Source: Octopus sinensis (Eukaryota). From it: 64,000 nt of DNA. The position numbers were made by a program, and so were the translations under genes. This document shows positions 13,130 to 26,913 of this stretch, one piece after another. Under the pieces are notes generated by a model. That model saw only the letters and a program-made list of their open reading frames with translations. It was not told the origin of the DNA and did not search any database. Within the stretch, counting starts at the first letter, position 1, and each line of letters opens with the position of its first letter. The stretch spans positions 17,806,464-17,870,463 of the forward strand of contig NC_043011.1 of assembly GCF_006345805.1 (NCBI RefSeq), written 5' to 3'.

Positions 13130-13565
13130 AAAAAGTTTACTTCTCAACCACACGATTCCTGGTTCAGTGCCACTGCACGGCACTTTGGTCAAGTGTCTTC
13201 TACTATAGTCACGAGAGAACAAAATCTTTGTGAATAGATTTGGTAGGCAGAAACTGAAAGGAGCCCGTCGTATATATATAACATATATATATAACATATC
13301 TATACACATACATGAGCGTGTGTGTTTGTATGTGTATGTGTGTATGTGTATGTTTATGTTGCTCCCACCCCGCCAATTTACAGCCTATGTTGGTATGCTT
13401 ACGTACCCGAAAGATAGCGATTCGGCGAAGTGACGGATAGAGTAAGCATCAGGTTTTAAATAGTAGTACTGTGAACGATATGTTTGACTGTAATTCTGCA
13501 AGACAATGTCCCCAGTATGGCCGCAGTCTAATGACTGAAACAAGTAAACGATAAAATAATAAAGA
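13130..13565 (+). mobile_element. CORE-type SINE family C with internal (TA)n/(TG)n microsatellite, diverged
   Basis: GGTTCAG..CCACTGC..GGCAC.TTGG.CAAGTGTCTTCTACTATAG, GAAACTGAAAG.AGCCCGTCGTATA, tail ATGGCCGCAGTC.AATGACTGAAACAAGTAAA. Confidence 0.85.
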
Positions 13566-14574
13566 TAACAATATCTGTCGTAGGTATTTGGCTTCAGATA
13601 ATATTTTCTTTAACGGAAAAAAGTGAAAACCCGCACTTCAGAAATTTTTCGTGTTGAAATTTCATCAGGCATTTAGTATATTGTTACACCTCTTAATCAT
13701 TTATTGCTTTTTAAACACAATATTACTAAGAACTGCAGTATTTGTCCAACCACCTTTGCAGGGAAACTCTAAAGATCTTTAAAATGTCTTCAAATAAAAT
13801 TCCTTTTAATTAATTCATTAGTGGAACTCATAACAAATACTACGTCTTAAATATAAGTTTCTCTGATTTACTTAAACACTTTTAAATAGTTGTTTAAAGC
13901 AATAATACTGTTGTCAGTTAAAGCGTGGAAATTTGTAACTTTTGTAGTCCTAATACGTAATTTAAACGAATCTCATTCTTTCTTCTGTCTGTCATTATTA
14001 TATCGTTTATGAAGACAAGCTGTTTACTTTACAATACAGAGTGTTGGTTAAAATCTAGATATAATCTGAAACATGACATTACTAAAGCATCAGTTATTTG
14101 TTAAACAAACTTCCTGCCATGAATAACATACAGATTTTTTAAAGCATACAATAGTTGTGTTAATGAAAAATTTTCTATGGATACTAAAAGATATAATAGT
14201 TGCTGATAAACTCACAAATATGAAATTGAAAGTTTTATCACACTTTTTTTCTCATCAAAACGTTGCTATTGTTGAAAATAAGATACTATTTAGTATTCTA
14301 TGCTTGCAATACTGTGTGAAATATATAAATATACACTGTTTTATTCAAAGAAACATATCTCAATAGTCTTGAACATTAGCTACTCTTACTAGTAAACTTC
14401 CTGTTTCACGATGTGCAACAGCCTGTACTATACGTTTTTGGCTCGGAGTAAAGCATGCATTAAGTAATTCTGAAAACTTTATACTATATTGAAAATTAGT
14501 GTTCGATTCAGAAAGCTATTCAATATTGAACATTTAAATTCAAATAAAACATTTCTATTCCATAATGATAATTT

Positions 14575-15150
14575 CTAGTGGAAGGACAAGACCTAGAATT
14601 TGGGGGAAGGGATTAAGTCGATTATATCGACCTCAGTGTGGAACTTGTACTTATTTAATCGACTCGAAAGGATGAAAGGCATATTCGACCTCGGTGGTAT
14701 TTGAACTCAGAACACGTAATGGCAGACAAAATACCTATTTCTTTACTACCCGCAAGGGGCTAAACACAGAGAGGACAAACAAGGACAGACAAACGGATTA
14801 AGTCGATTATATCATCACAGTGCGTAACTGGTGCTTAATCTATCGACACCGAAAGTATGAAAAGCAATGTAGACCCCGGCGGAATTTGAACTCAGAACGT
14901 AGCGGCAGACGAAATACCCATTTCTTTACTACCCATAAGGGGCTAAACACAGAGAGGACAAACAAGGACAGACAAACGGATTAAGTCGATTACATCGACT
15001 CCAGTGCGTAGCTGGTACTTAATTTATCGACCCCGAAATGATGAAAAGCAAAGTTGACCTCGGCGGAATTTGAACTCAGAACGTAGCGGCAGACGAAATA
15101 CCGCTAAGCATTTCTCCCGGCGTACTAACGTTTCTGCCACCTCACCGCTT
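14575..15150 (-). mobile_element. SINE family A, head-to-tail trimer ending in the older tail type
   Basis: Three body copies, junctions AAATACCYATTTCTTTACTACCC. Confidence 0.9.
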
Positions 15151-16026
15151 TCAATTTCTGTTCCATAAAAGTGAGCGAAGCTGGATACAAAAGTGAGCAA
15201 ATGAATTACATATCAATAACCCTAATATTTCGTCATTTAAGAAAGATGTATAATGTCTGAATGCTATAAGTAGGTTTTTCCATTATCTCAATGCGTAGGA
15301 ATTAAAGAAATTATTGAATAATTGAGGAGTGATTGGGATTGGTGCTTGGAATTAATTAGAAAGATTGAAAACGATCTAATAGTCGATGTTCTGAAATTAA
15401 GTTACTATTTATATTTTATGAGAAAGTGTTTAGAATACATTGATAATTGGTTCAATATTTTTTTATAAAAACAATATTCTTCTAAACTGTTTGAATACAA
15501 ATATTGAACGCAGAATAATAACCTTATTCATGTACACAAACACCTACACATTTGAAAAGTTAAACTTTAGAAATTTAATTAAAAATCCGTACCAAAATAA
15601 AGCAGTGGGATGAAAAGAAAACAAACTACACCACCAGATTTGGAACTATAACATTTCCTGATAAGTCTATGACTGTGTTACGCCTTGAAAAGTTTCATGT
15701 CTCAATTCCTCACCAAATGCAATTATTTTCTTCCTTCGGATACATATAACTCTGAAGCAGTCCACATTAATGTGATTTACAGGACTGATCAAAAATATTC
15801 AGCCCATTACCAAAATACAATGAAAAGTTAACACATTATTGATTTGAAATGTTTCGAGTTATTTTGTTACATCCACAGTTAAATATAAATTGTCAATACT
15901 TCTAAGCAAATATATAATTTGTTTAAGAGGGCTAGTAGGAGACATAGATATTTGGATTTTGCTCATTCTATTGGATTTTCTTGCATATATATAAATACAT
16001 ATATACGAATATATATACATACATAC

Positions 16027-16087
<61 letters not shown>

Positions 16088-16447
16088 GATAGATAGATAG
16101 AGACAGACAGACAGAGACAGATTGATATATACACATATGTATATATATGTATATATACACATATATGCACACGCACAAACACGCATATTGTATTTTGTTT
16201 TTCATGCATAGATAATGCACATGAATGAATTTTGGGCTGGATTTCATGAAGGAGTGTTGAATTAATTCAATCAATGGAAATATATTCTATTGAAATAGTA
16301 ATAAAAACAACAATTCGGCTGTATTTTCCAAAGAAATGTCTACATTTAAGTTCTTAAGTTAATCTCTGAACACACTCAGAGTTGTGTTGCCATCTAACAA
16401 GGACATAGCCTATGACATTCGACTGAATCATAGTTCGCTTGAATATA

Positions 16448-16681
16448 TATTTCTTTATTGCCTACAAGGAGCTAAACACAGAGGGGACAAACAAGGACAG
16501 ACAAACGGATTAAGTCGATTATATCGACCCCTAATGCGTAACTGGTAATTATTTAATCGACCCCGAAAGGATGAAAGGCAAAGTCGACCTCGGCGGAATT
16601 TGAACTCAGAACGTAACGGCAGACGAAATACGGCTACGTATTTCACCTGGTGTGCTAACGTATCTGCCAGCTCGCCGCCTT
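16448..16681 (-). mobile_element. SINE family A, full-length monomer
   Basis: Complete head, body and tail matching other copies. Confidence 0.92.
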
Positions 16682-17819
16682 TAATATGGGCAAGTTCCTT
16701 AAGACACCTGGGTCAACACTGAGTTATGCTAGAATCGACTTCCCGAAGTTGAACAAGCTCAGATGCATGTGATTTGAATAAAATTTATATGCAATAAACT
16801 ATGTATTCGGAGATTCTCCCCATTAAAATTAAATAAAAATTTTGTGAATTTTCCCAGTCTTTAGCATCATTAGCACAATATAAGTTCTTAAAGAACATTT
16901 GTACTACCAAGGACATTCTAGTTATCGTCAGCATATATTTCGCATCAGGAACAAAATTTCTCATTACATTAATCAATGTGCTCGTCATGTTTCATGAGGA
17001 AAGACAATGATATGCTTATCATTTCTAACAGGTTCAGAGAGCACGTCAGAGACTTATTGGCACGAAAACAAACATTTATTCAAACAATGTGTTTGTGACA
17101 TAATATCATCTATTTTCTTGCTTTGTGCCTATGAGAATCGACTCTTTGGTGATTAATATAGATTAAAATAAACTGAGAGTGCATGGGCATTGGTTTACAT
17201 GCTCAAGTATTTCTCTTGTGCACGAAGCAGAAACCGGATGTAGGAAATTAGCCTCTTCATTTGCATCCATCTTTTATTTTCTTTCACTTACATATGTGAT
17301 CGCACTCGCATTTAGGGAGGTACTTTTCGTAAATACTTAAAAACATGTCCTAGGTTTCTGGAAGTATTTCACGATTTGTAAAATTCAATATACAGTAAAG
17401 AGATGCTAGTAATTTTAATACTATAATTTGTCATAATTGTAAAGATTTGAATGAGTTGTATATGGAAGGTTAGTTTAATAGAACTCGCTAGTATTAAAAC
17501 CAAGTGTTTTTCGCAAGAACAGAAATACGAATATATTTTTGAATGTCTAAAGGAAAATTGAAGTATGAACTAAAACCTATGAAACAAATAGAAACAAAAC
17601 AAATTTCTTTTTAAATGTTTCTTCCTGGCTTGGACTACTCAGTCAATACCATTCTACAATTGATCTGTTTGGCTGGATATTTTATACCCTTACAATTTCT
17701 TAGGCAATATCCTCTGGGGTTTCACTAGTTACCTAACGTTTACGCATAATTTTATACGTCAGCAAAATATAGCATTTTAAAAATACTATAATTATAATTT
17801 ATTTAAAAATACTATAATA

Positions 17820-18239
17820 TATCGAGTACCGGTGCCGCAGTCTCCGTTAGAGAGACTTAGAAATAATAATATCTCTATTTTTGAAAACCAGTGGATGTAT
17901 TCAACTGAAATTAGGTAAATAATCCTTCGAAAAGATGGTCAGCAGCGACGCCTGCTGGGTTTGGCTACTCTGCATTGATAAAGAGCAAATACCCTGAAAC
18001 ATGTCTGCAGGAGCCTGACCAGAAAGAGGAAGCAGCTGAACTCCCCTGTTCAAAGGTTATAATGGACACAGATTTGTGTGTCACATAGCTAGCTAGAGGT
18101 AATGGACTCTTGGGGCTAATCAACAGCAGCTTTCGTCCTATATTTATGGACTGCCATAACAGCTTGGCGATAACTGTTAATATCCAGTACCGCTGCCGTA
18201 GTCTCCGTTAAAGAGACTTAGAAATAATGATATTTCTAT
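17820..18239 (+). mobile_element. Terminally redundant 361-bp-period non-coding unit containing a hammerhead motif (retrozyme / Penelope pseudo-LTR-like)
   Basis: 59-bp direct repeats at 17820-17878 and 18181-18239 (6 mismatches); internal hammerhead motif at 17968-18013. Confidence 0.65.
17968..18013 (+). ncRNA. Minimal type-I hammerhead ribozyme motif, U3-A8 core variant
   Basis: CTGCA-TTGATAA-AGAG caaata CCCT-GAAA-CATGTC-TGCAG: stem I CTGCA/TGCAG, stem II 3 of 4 pairs, palindromic ACATGT stem III, GUC cleavage triplet. Confidence 0.6.
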
Positions 18240-19184
18240 AATTTCTTTATTAAGAACATAATTTTAATTTTTAATTATCGTTAAGCTTATGTATATGCAA
18301 TGGATGACATCTGATCATTACAATAAAGCAAAATATTATTTATTGATTACTATGCAGAAATACTACATTTTGAAAAAATTTCGGAAGAAATAAAGATACA
18401 TCTCTCTGAGCCACAAAAATCAAACATGTCAGGATAATACTGAATCTTATGAAATTTACATTGTGCTTGTTGGTAAATGTGATACACGCCACTCAGCTGA
18501 GAATTTGGACACAAACCAGCGGATTTTCTGAGTAATTCAGGAAACAGATGAAATGCGTTAATTATTAGTTTCGGCTCTCAGCGCCTTGATATCGAATCGC
18601 ACCGAAGTCGTCATTGTCGTTCAAATTTAGGTTTCATAAAGATAAGATTCTTTCAATGCTGGTGAGATTGCCGAGAATATATCTATGTATCCTCGCGACT
18701 CCGTGGGCTCCAAATCATCAAGCACAATGCCGAACATTCAACCAAGATTGTACCAACATCCATAATATTTGAAAAATACGTTAATAATGATTTGAAATTG
18801 CCCCATATAATTGTAGTCCTGTAACTTATATTTGTAAAATATTTCATAAAAATATCTAGCTGCTGAAAGACTTTGCTTTTATTCTTTTTACCTGTTACAA
18901 TTTACCTCTACGGTTACGCTAATGCTGCTCGTATGAGGTATTAGAAATGTAGTCATTTAGTGTAGTATATCTAGAATGATCTTATCACCATATTTAGATA
19001 TATATATAACGCATATAATGTATGCTATATCTCATGAGGCACACGTATATGTAAGCCGATGTATGTTAATTTGAATGATAAATTTCTAAGATGATATATC
19101 TGACAACTTGTGTCTTACTCCACAAAATTATTTGAATTATAAATATATGCATGACACGTGTGTAAAACTCTCTCCAAAAAGCTA

Positions 19185-19217
19185 CCTACTCATCTACCTA
19201 CCTACCTACCTACCTAC

Positions 19218-19315
<98 letters not shown>

Positions 19316-19330
19316 ACTATTTATCTACCA

Positions 19331-19368
<38 letters not shown>

Positions 19369-19484
19369 ATATCTATTTATCTATCTATATGTTTATATAT
19401 ATATATATCTGCCTATCTATCTATCTATACATTTATATCTAACTCTCTGTCTATCTAGTTATCTATCTATCTATCTATATGTTC

Positions 19485-19534
<50 letters not shown>

Positions 19535-19538
19535 CTGC

Positions 19539-19578
<40 letters not shown>

Positions 19579-19580
19579 AT
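19185..19580. repeat. (CTAC)n/(CTAT)n/(TA)n compound microsatellite
   Basis: Directly visible. Confidence 0.95.
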
Positions 19581-19670
19581 GTGTGTGTGCGCGTCTGTGT
19601 TCCTGTGTGCGCACGCGCTTCTGCGGTATTTTTCAGGTTCACAGACTATCTAATGATACATAAGCGGAAA

Positions 19671-19919
19671 CACACACACACACACACATACACCCACACC
19701 CACCCACACACACATGCACATATATACATTCATGCACTCGTACACGGAAATTTGCATATACATGCATATCCATGTGACTGTACATATTCGTGCATATTTC
19801 TATTATTGCGTATCACTTTTCTATTTATTTGGTATTTGTTCCTATTATCGTTATTTCAAACTTTAATACTTTGATTTCCATTTAAATTTCACCCGAAAAT
19901 TATTAAAATTTCATAGAAT

Positions 19920-19956
<37 letters not shown>

Positions 19957-20187
19957 TACACCCACACCCACCCACACACACATGCACATATATACATTCA
20001 TGCACTCGTACACGGAAATTTGCATATACATGCATATCCATGTGACTGTACATATTCGTGCATATTTCTATTATTGCGTATCACTTTTCTATTTATTTGG
20101 TATTTGTTCCTATTATCGTTATTTCAAACTTTAATACTTTGATTTCCATTTAAATTTCACCCGAAAATTATTAAAATTTCATAGAAT

Positions 20188-20220
<33 letters not shown>
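19671..20220. repeat. Tandem duplication, 268-bp period, bounded by (CA)n
   Basis: TACACCCACACCCACCC...CATAGAATACATAC starts at 19689 and 19957 and appears identical. Confidence 0.95.
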
Positions 20221-20248
<28 letters not shown>

Positions 20249-20481
20249 CGACAAAGAAGGAACGCTAACAAAAGAACGAAAAATCGTATAGAATATAACA
20301 TATATCGATGCACATTAGCTCCGATCAATAGTAAATTTTAAATTGTATTTTTATCTCATCATTTTCGACATGCTTCCCGCTCTTTCTCCTCAATTTCCTG
20401 ATTGTAATATACAATACACGCACACAGACAAACACATACGCATGCACACACACATATATACACGCATACACACACATACAA

Positions 20482-20514
<33 letters not shown>

Positions 20515-20529
20515 ATACAAGCACACACG

Positions 20530-20574
<45 letters not shown>

Positions 20575-21224
20575 ATGTGTGTGTTTGCGTGTACATTGTA
20601 TGTATCTACTTATATATATATATATTTGCATGTAGCTAGATAAATAACTATATATATATATATATAATATACATAACTATATAAATATATATATATATAC
20701 ACACACGCACATACATAAGACACCAAAAACAAATGTCGGTGTGTATAAAGAATAATTATACGCACGTAATTCGAGGACCACGTCGACACAGGAAAATCTG
20801 ATATATTTTTCATTCTATTTGCGTTATTTATAAAATTTTATCTATATGTATATTAATCTTATTGATATGTTGCGGCATGTAAATTTATCAATAAAGTCTC
20901 ATTGTATTCAAGCATATTTAAATAAATGTGAAATTCAGTGGACTAAGACTGAATGCATCTATTATGCATATTTCTTTCATGTAGGAACAAGAAGGATATG
21001 GAATCTGTCAGAAATAATGTAAAATATATTAATAAAAAGCATTAATATAGATTGTTTGAGCATATTTCTCATATGCATACCTACCTACCCCTCTCTCTTA
21101 CTTACGCCCTCCCTTTTTCGCTCCCATCCTCCCTACCTACCTACATACAAACATATATGCATACAAATGTACATACATACATATATTTATGACATATAGA
21201 TATATAGATATAAGTAAATAGATA

Positions 21225-21235
21225 AATGGATAGAT

Positions 21236-21296
<61 letters not shown>

Positions 21297-21395
21297 AAGG
21301 GAGAGAGAGACATATAGATAGATAGATAGATAGATAGATAGACAGATAGATAGATAGATAGATAGGGAAAGAGAGACAGATAGATAGATAGATAT

Positions 21396-21427
<32 letters not shown>

Positions 21428-21439
21428 GGAGAGAGAGAC

Positions 21440-21481
<42 letters not shown>

Positions 21482-21511
21482 GGAGAGAGAGACAGATAGA
21501 TAGATAGATAT

Positions 21512-21547
<36 letters not shown>

Positions 21548-21567
21548 GGAGAGAGACAGATAGATAT

Positions 21568-21598
<31 letters not shown>

Positions 21599-21618
21599 TA
21601 TAGATAGATAGATAGATT

Positions 21619-21654
<36 letters not shown>

Positions 21655-21708
21655 GGAGAGAGAGACAGATAGATAGATAGATAGATAGATAGATATGGAG
21701 AGAGAGAC

Positions 21709-21774
<66 letters not shown>

Positions 21775-21805
21775 GGAGAAAGAGACAGATAGATAGATAG
21801 ATAGC
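21225..21805. repeat. (GATA)n microsatellite punctuated by GGGAGAGAGAGACA spacers
   Basis: Directly visible. Confidence 0.95.
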
Positions 21806-22577
21806 TAGTTTGTTAGATAGACAAACTGGCTGACTGATAGATAGGAATATACGCACAAACACATGCATGCGTAATTATATAGGTATAAAGAGAAACAGAG
21901 AGATAGATACAGGGATATATTTATACAGAGATAGACAAGTATTATATGCTTACAAGCATAGAGGTGTCACACTCACAAATTATTCTCGGTGTTGGTCATG
22001 CGTAAAAAAGTGTCTGGAAATGTGTAGATGCATAGTGTGAAAAGGCAACAGCTTGAACATATATATGCCAAAGCGGGAGAAAAAATGAAAACCTGACGTT
22101 TTGTTTGATAATACTTTATCAATATAAAAATAAGGTTTGTGATTGCAACAGAAAGAGAAACGTATTACGAAGCATAATTTAAGAATGTCATTTCGATTGC
22201 AGATTTGTGGTACAATTTAAGGTTTTTACTGGAAGCATCACTTCAGTGAAACGGATTTCTGGGTTATAGTGTGTATATATGTTTAAATGAGACAAAGGAA
22301 ACGAAGATAGGATATTAAGGAAGAATGAGAGTGAGAAAAGAAAAATGGAAATATACAGAGGAAAGTAGAAGGATAAGAAGTAGAAAGATGGGAGAGATAG
22401 AACCAGTAAGGGAGGTAAAGTGGGAGACAGAATGAGAAGTTCAGATACGTATATTTTCTGTGTGTAGGTGGAAGGTTTATCATTTCTGTAGGGGTTAAAA
22501 ATATAAGGCCTGAAACAAGAAATTCTAGAGTTCATGGTAATTGGGGTGTGTTCATACGTATGTATATTCTTTTCAAT

Positions 22578-23149
22578 TGTAGACACAAGGATCGAAATTT
22601 TGGGGGTAGGGGGCCAGTTGATTAGTTCGACCCTAGTACGCAACTGGAACTTAATCTATCGACACCGAAAGGATGAAAGGCAAAGTCGACCTCGACCGAA
22701 TTGGAACTCATAACGTAAAGGCAAACGAAATACCTATTTCTTTACTACCACAAGAGGCTAAACACAGAAAGGACAAACAAAGACAGACAAACGGATTAAG
22801 TCGATTATATCGACTCCAGTGCGTAACTGGCACTTTATTTATCGATCCCGAACGGATGAAAAGCAAAGTCGACCTCGGCCGAATTTGGACTCAGAACGTA
22901 ACGGCAGACGAAGTACCTATTTCTTTATTACCCACAAGGGGCTAAACACAGAGGGGACAAGCAAGGACAGACGAACGGATTAAGTCGATTACATCGACCC
23001 CAGTGCGTAACTGATACTTAATTTATCGACCCCGAAAGGATGAAAGGCAAAGTCGACCTCGGCGGAATTTGAACTCAGAACGTAACGCAGACGAAGTACC
23101 GCTAAGCATTTCGCCCGGCGTGCTAACGATTCTGCCAGCTTGCCGCCTT
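22578..23149 (-). mobile_element. SINE family A, head-to-tail trimer ending in the older tail type
   Basis: Three bodies; junctions GAARTACCTATTTCTTTA at about 22727 and 22910. Confidence 0.9.
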
Positions 23150-23739
23150 CATGCGTCTATATAATTATTGTAGTAAAATGCTCAAGGTTTCCATTTGTAG
23201 ATGTTAAATATTGAATATCAATGGAAATATAAAATATTCAACGAGGTGAGAAACACTCATACTTCCAATATATTCAACTATGTAAAGCTTTCACTGTTTA
23301 CAGACACGAGCATTCAATAATACGTTCACACACTAACACCCACACATACACTCACACACTCACACACAAACACACACACATGTGAACACTCACTATATCC
23401 TCAGAATCTTCTTCAATATTAATTTCAGAAATACCATATTTTCTTTATGAACTATACTTCAGGTTCACTTTAATATTGTTTTCTTCATATTGACACAGCC
23501 GTTCGAATATATGTTGGATCTCTCCCCTTAAAAATAAATTATTCTCTTATATAATTTAAAATTGTGTTGTGTCTAGGTTATCTCATCATGTTTTTGTCTA
23601 TCATGTGATTTCATCTTGCGTGATGCCATATCTTATCAAACTCAACTTCTCAGTTCCATTTCTAGCAATCTAGTCTTCAGAATCTCTTGCAACTCTTCTG
23701 GATGGTCTCACTGATTAAGTTGCTGAATGCTTTCATAAT

Positions 23740-24292
23740 CCTTGCCTTCAATTAGTTTTTGTGCTACAAGGAGTTTTGTTGGTCTCTCGCTCAAATGCGG
23801 TTTACACATAATAGTCAAGTTGGTTGCAGTGTGGTAAGATAGGTGGCCAGATGTTAAATGTGATGTGATCGCAGAAACTGTGTGATAACCATGACTAGTT
23901 TCTCCTGCCTCTATGGCATGGTGCGGAGTCCTGTTGCCAAACATAACGTCTTCCAGCAGACACCCTCTTGACCCGGGACAGTCATACTTCTTCGAGGCAC
24001 TTGATATAGGCCTCTATGTTGAGTGGGAGGCCGTGTAGGAAGATGAATGGAGGCATAACGGCGCCGTCGCTAATGATCAATCTAAATGCCAGGATGTTGA
24101 ATGGATGTTTGATATTTATCACTCTCGGTACATGTCCCCAATTGCACTGTCCTCAGACTGACAGCTAAGCACTCTGAAATATTTGTATTGGAGCTTCCAT
24201 CGCGAATGTCAAGCAGTCGTTTCCAAATCTCTGGCAGAGTGAATTGCGTCATGATGATATATTTCTCACAGACGGTGCCCCACTGACCCTGC
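23740..24292 (-). mobile_element. Decayed Tc1/mariner-superfamily (maT/DD37D-like) transposase fragment
   Basis: Minus strand gives YVWQQDSAPCH and, across frameshifts, WPP...LDYYV; CAGGGTC-like terminus near 24290. Confidence 0.7.
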
Positions 24293-24814
24293 TATACTAA
24301 ATGTGTAAATGTAAAGTGTTAAAAAGCAACAACTATATGTTCATTGTGAATATAAATGCCAAATCGGGAAAAAGTAAAAAATGGAAATCTGACATTTTTG
24401 TTGATAAGAAATTATTAACATAATAAGATTTCAGATGTCAAAAAAAACACAATTGAATTATCAAGCATAATTTAAGACAGCCACTACGATTGCAAATTGC
24501 ATTTCGATTGCAAACGAAGAGAGGATATTAAGGAAGAATGAAAGAATGGAAATATAGAGAGGGAAGTAGGATAAGAAGTAGAAATAGGGGAGAGGCATAA
24601 CTTGTGAGGGACGAAAAGTGGGAGAGAGAGAGCAAGGAGCTTAATTACATCTATTTTCCGTGTGTAAGTGCAAGGATTATCATTTCTGTAGGGGTTACAA
24701 AACGTAGGGCGTGAAGCACAAGTTCTAGATTGAAAGCGCTGAATTCCTGCTAATGTGTAGGAAACAATGCGCGAATTTCAAAATATAAAATGGTGACAAA
24801 TTTACCCCTTGCAG

Positions 24815-24905
<91 letters not shown>

Positions 24906-25406
24906 GTGTACGTATGTATGTATGTATGTATGTATATGTACATGCATATGACCAGACGGTACCTGCAGGGTAACATCTCTTAGTATTTCAGAGAACGTGA
25001 CAATAAATTTCATAGTTTGGAAAATGTGTCGGTAGAGAAGTTGGTTAGCGTTGAATTTCGCATTCAGGATTTCCATAGTATAATATTGCAAGAAATTCTT
25101 GTCGGAAGCAATTTTTACTTTACTGAAGAAATATTTATAAAATGTTAATTATCTGAAAAATTTGTCACCGCCAATAGCATATCAATATCTTTTATTTAAG
25201 AACTCCTTCCATATTTGTGATATACATTGTCAGAACGTACGGTATACAACGGTGCTAAAAAGTTTCAGTTGACCAGGGTGTCTTAATGATGACTTGAGTC
25301 CACTTTCTCTACCATTTTCACACTGGATTTACTCTATTGTGTGGTATAATATAGCCTATAATTTACTTGTCTTTTTGTTGTTGTTGTTGTTGCTGTGAAC
25401 GCTTCT

Positions 25407-25768
25407 GGAATGGAAGCACTCCGTCGGTTCCGACGATGAGGGTTCCGGTTGATCCGATCAACGGAACAGCTTGCTCGTGAAAATAACGTGTAAGTGGCTG
25501 AGCACTCCACAGACACGTGTACCCTTAACGTAGTTCTCGGGGATACTCAGCATGACACAGAGAGTGACAAGGCCGGCCCTTTGAAATAGTGAGAGAAAGT
25601 TGTGGTGAAAGAGTACAGCAGGGATCACCACCATCTCCTGCCGGAGCCTCGTGGAGCTTTTAGGTGTTTTCACTAATTAAACACTCACAACGCCCGGTCT
25701 GGGAATCGAAACCGCGATCCTACGACCGCGAGTCCGCTGCCCTAACCACTGGGCCATTGCGCTTCCAC
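25407..25768 (-). mobile_element. SINE family B (tRNA-Arg-like), 13-bp TSD
   Basis: Reverse complement of the 9244 copy with an internal deletion; TSD TGTGAACGCTTCT at 25394-25406 and 25769-25781. Confidence 0.92.
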
Positions 25769-25956
25769 TGTGAACGCTTCTACTCTACATGAGAATGTTT
25801 GGCTTCCAAACATGTGGGCATGGCTATATTGAAGATAATGAAATCAACATATACTGCTTCATTCGTTCTCTCTTCCTCTCTCTCTCTGTTACTATAGGCC
25901 AATTAATAAAAAAGGAAGCAAATACATTTTATAAAGAGGCCACCATTATGTTTTAT

Positions 25957-26120
25957 AGGCGTTGGAGTGGATGTGTGGTATGTAGCTTGCTTACTAACCA
26001 CATGCTTCCGAGTTCAGTCCTACTGCGTGGCATCTTGGGCATGTGAATTCTACTATAGCCTGGAGCCGACCAAAGCCTTGTGAATGGATTTTGGTAGACG
26101 GAAACTGAAAGAAGCCCGTC

Positions 26121-26196
<76 letters not shown>

Positions 26197-26335
26197 CTTA
26201 GCAATTCGATAAAAGAGGCCGAAAGAATAAGTACTAGGCTTACAAAGAATAAGTCCTGGTGTTGATTTGCTCGACTAAAGGTGGTGCTCCAACAAGGCCA
26301 CAGTCAAATGACTGAAACAATTAAAAGAGATAAAG
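25957..26335 (+). mobile_element. CORE-type SINE family C with internal (TA)n(TG)n
   Basis: TGTGTGGTA.GTAGCTTGCTTAC.AACCACATG head, GGCATCTTGGGCA core, CAGTCAAATGACTGAAACAA tail. Confidence 0.9.
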
Positions 26336-26787
26336 GAGAGAGCGAGGTTGAAAAGTCAACTCTATTTTTTTTCTGTGTGTATATGTATCAGAATATCTTC
26401 CGCCAAATTTAATTCAATTTCTCCCTAGTGATGTCATGACTGGAGTACATGATGCCTCTGTACGGTGTATTAAGGAGAGAGCGAAGAAATTTAAGACTGC
26501 CACGAATCTGATTATGTCCGAAACTGGCTAATGTATAGCTGAGGACATCTTATTATAATGAAATCATAATTTGTAACACACGAATTCCTTCTTTATTTTA
26601 GCTACTGTCTCTAATTAGGAGTCTCAATGAGAAAATTATGCTACAGAATTAAATATACAGAAATTATTGATGTACAGATGTAATTAAGTATTCAACATTG
26701 CATATTACGTATAATGAAATTCTTGCCTCAGGGAAATGTATTGTTTATGAGGATTTGACGATTATTACCCGTGGGTCGATGGTGGTG

Positions 26788-26789
26788 GC

Positions 26790-26842
<53 letters not shown>

Positions 26843-26913
26843 CAGTGTTAGTAGTAGTAGTAGTAGTAGTAGTAGCAGTAGTAGTAGTAGTAGTAGTAGT
26901 AACAGCAGCAGCA
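26788..26913. repeat. (GTA)n microsatellite, continuing at 27304-27348 beyond a SINE insertion
   Basis: Directly visible. Confidence 0.95.
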
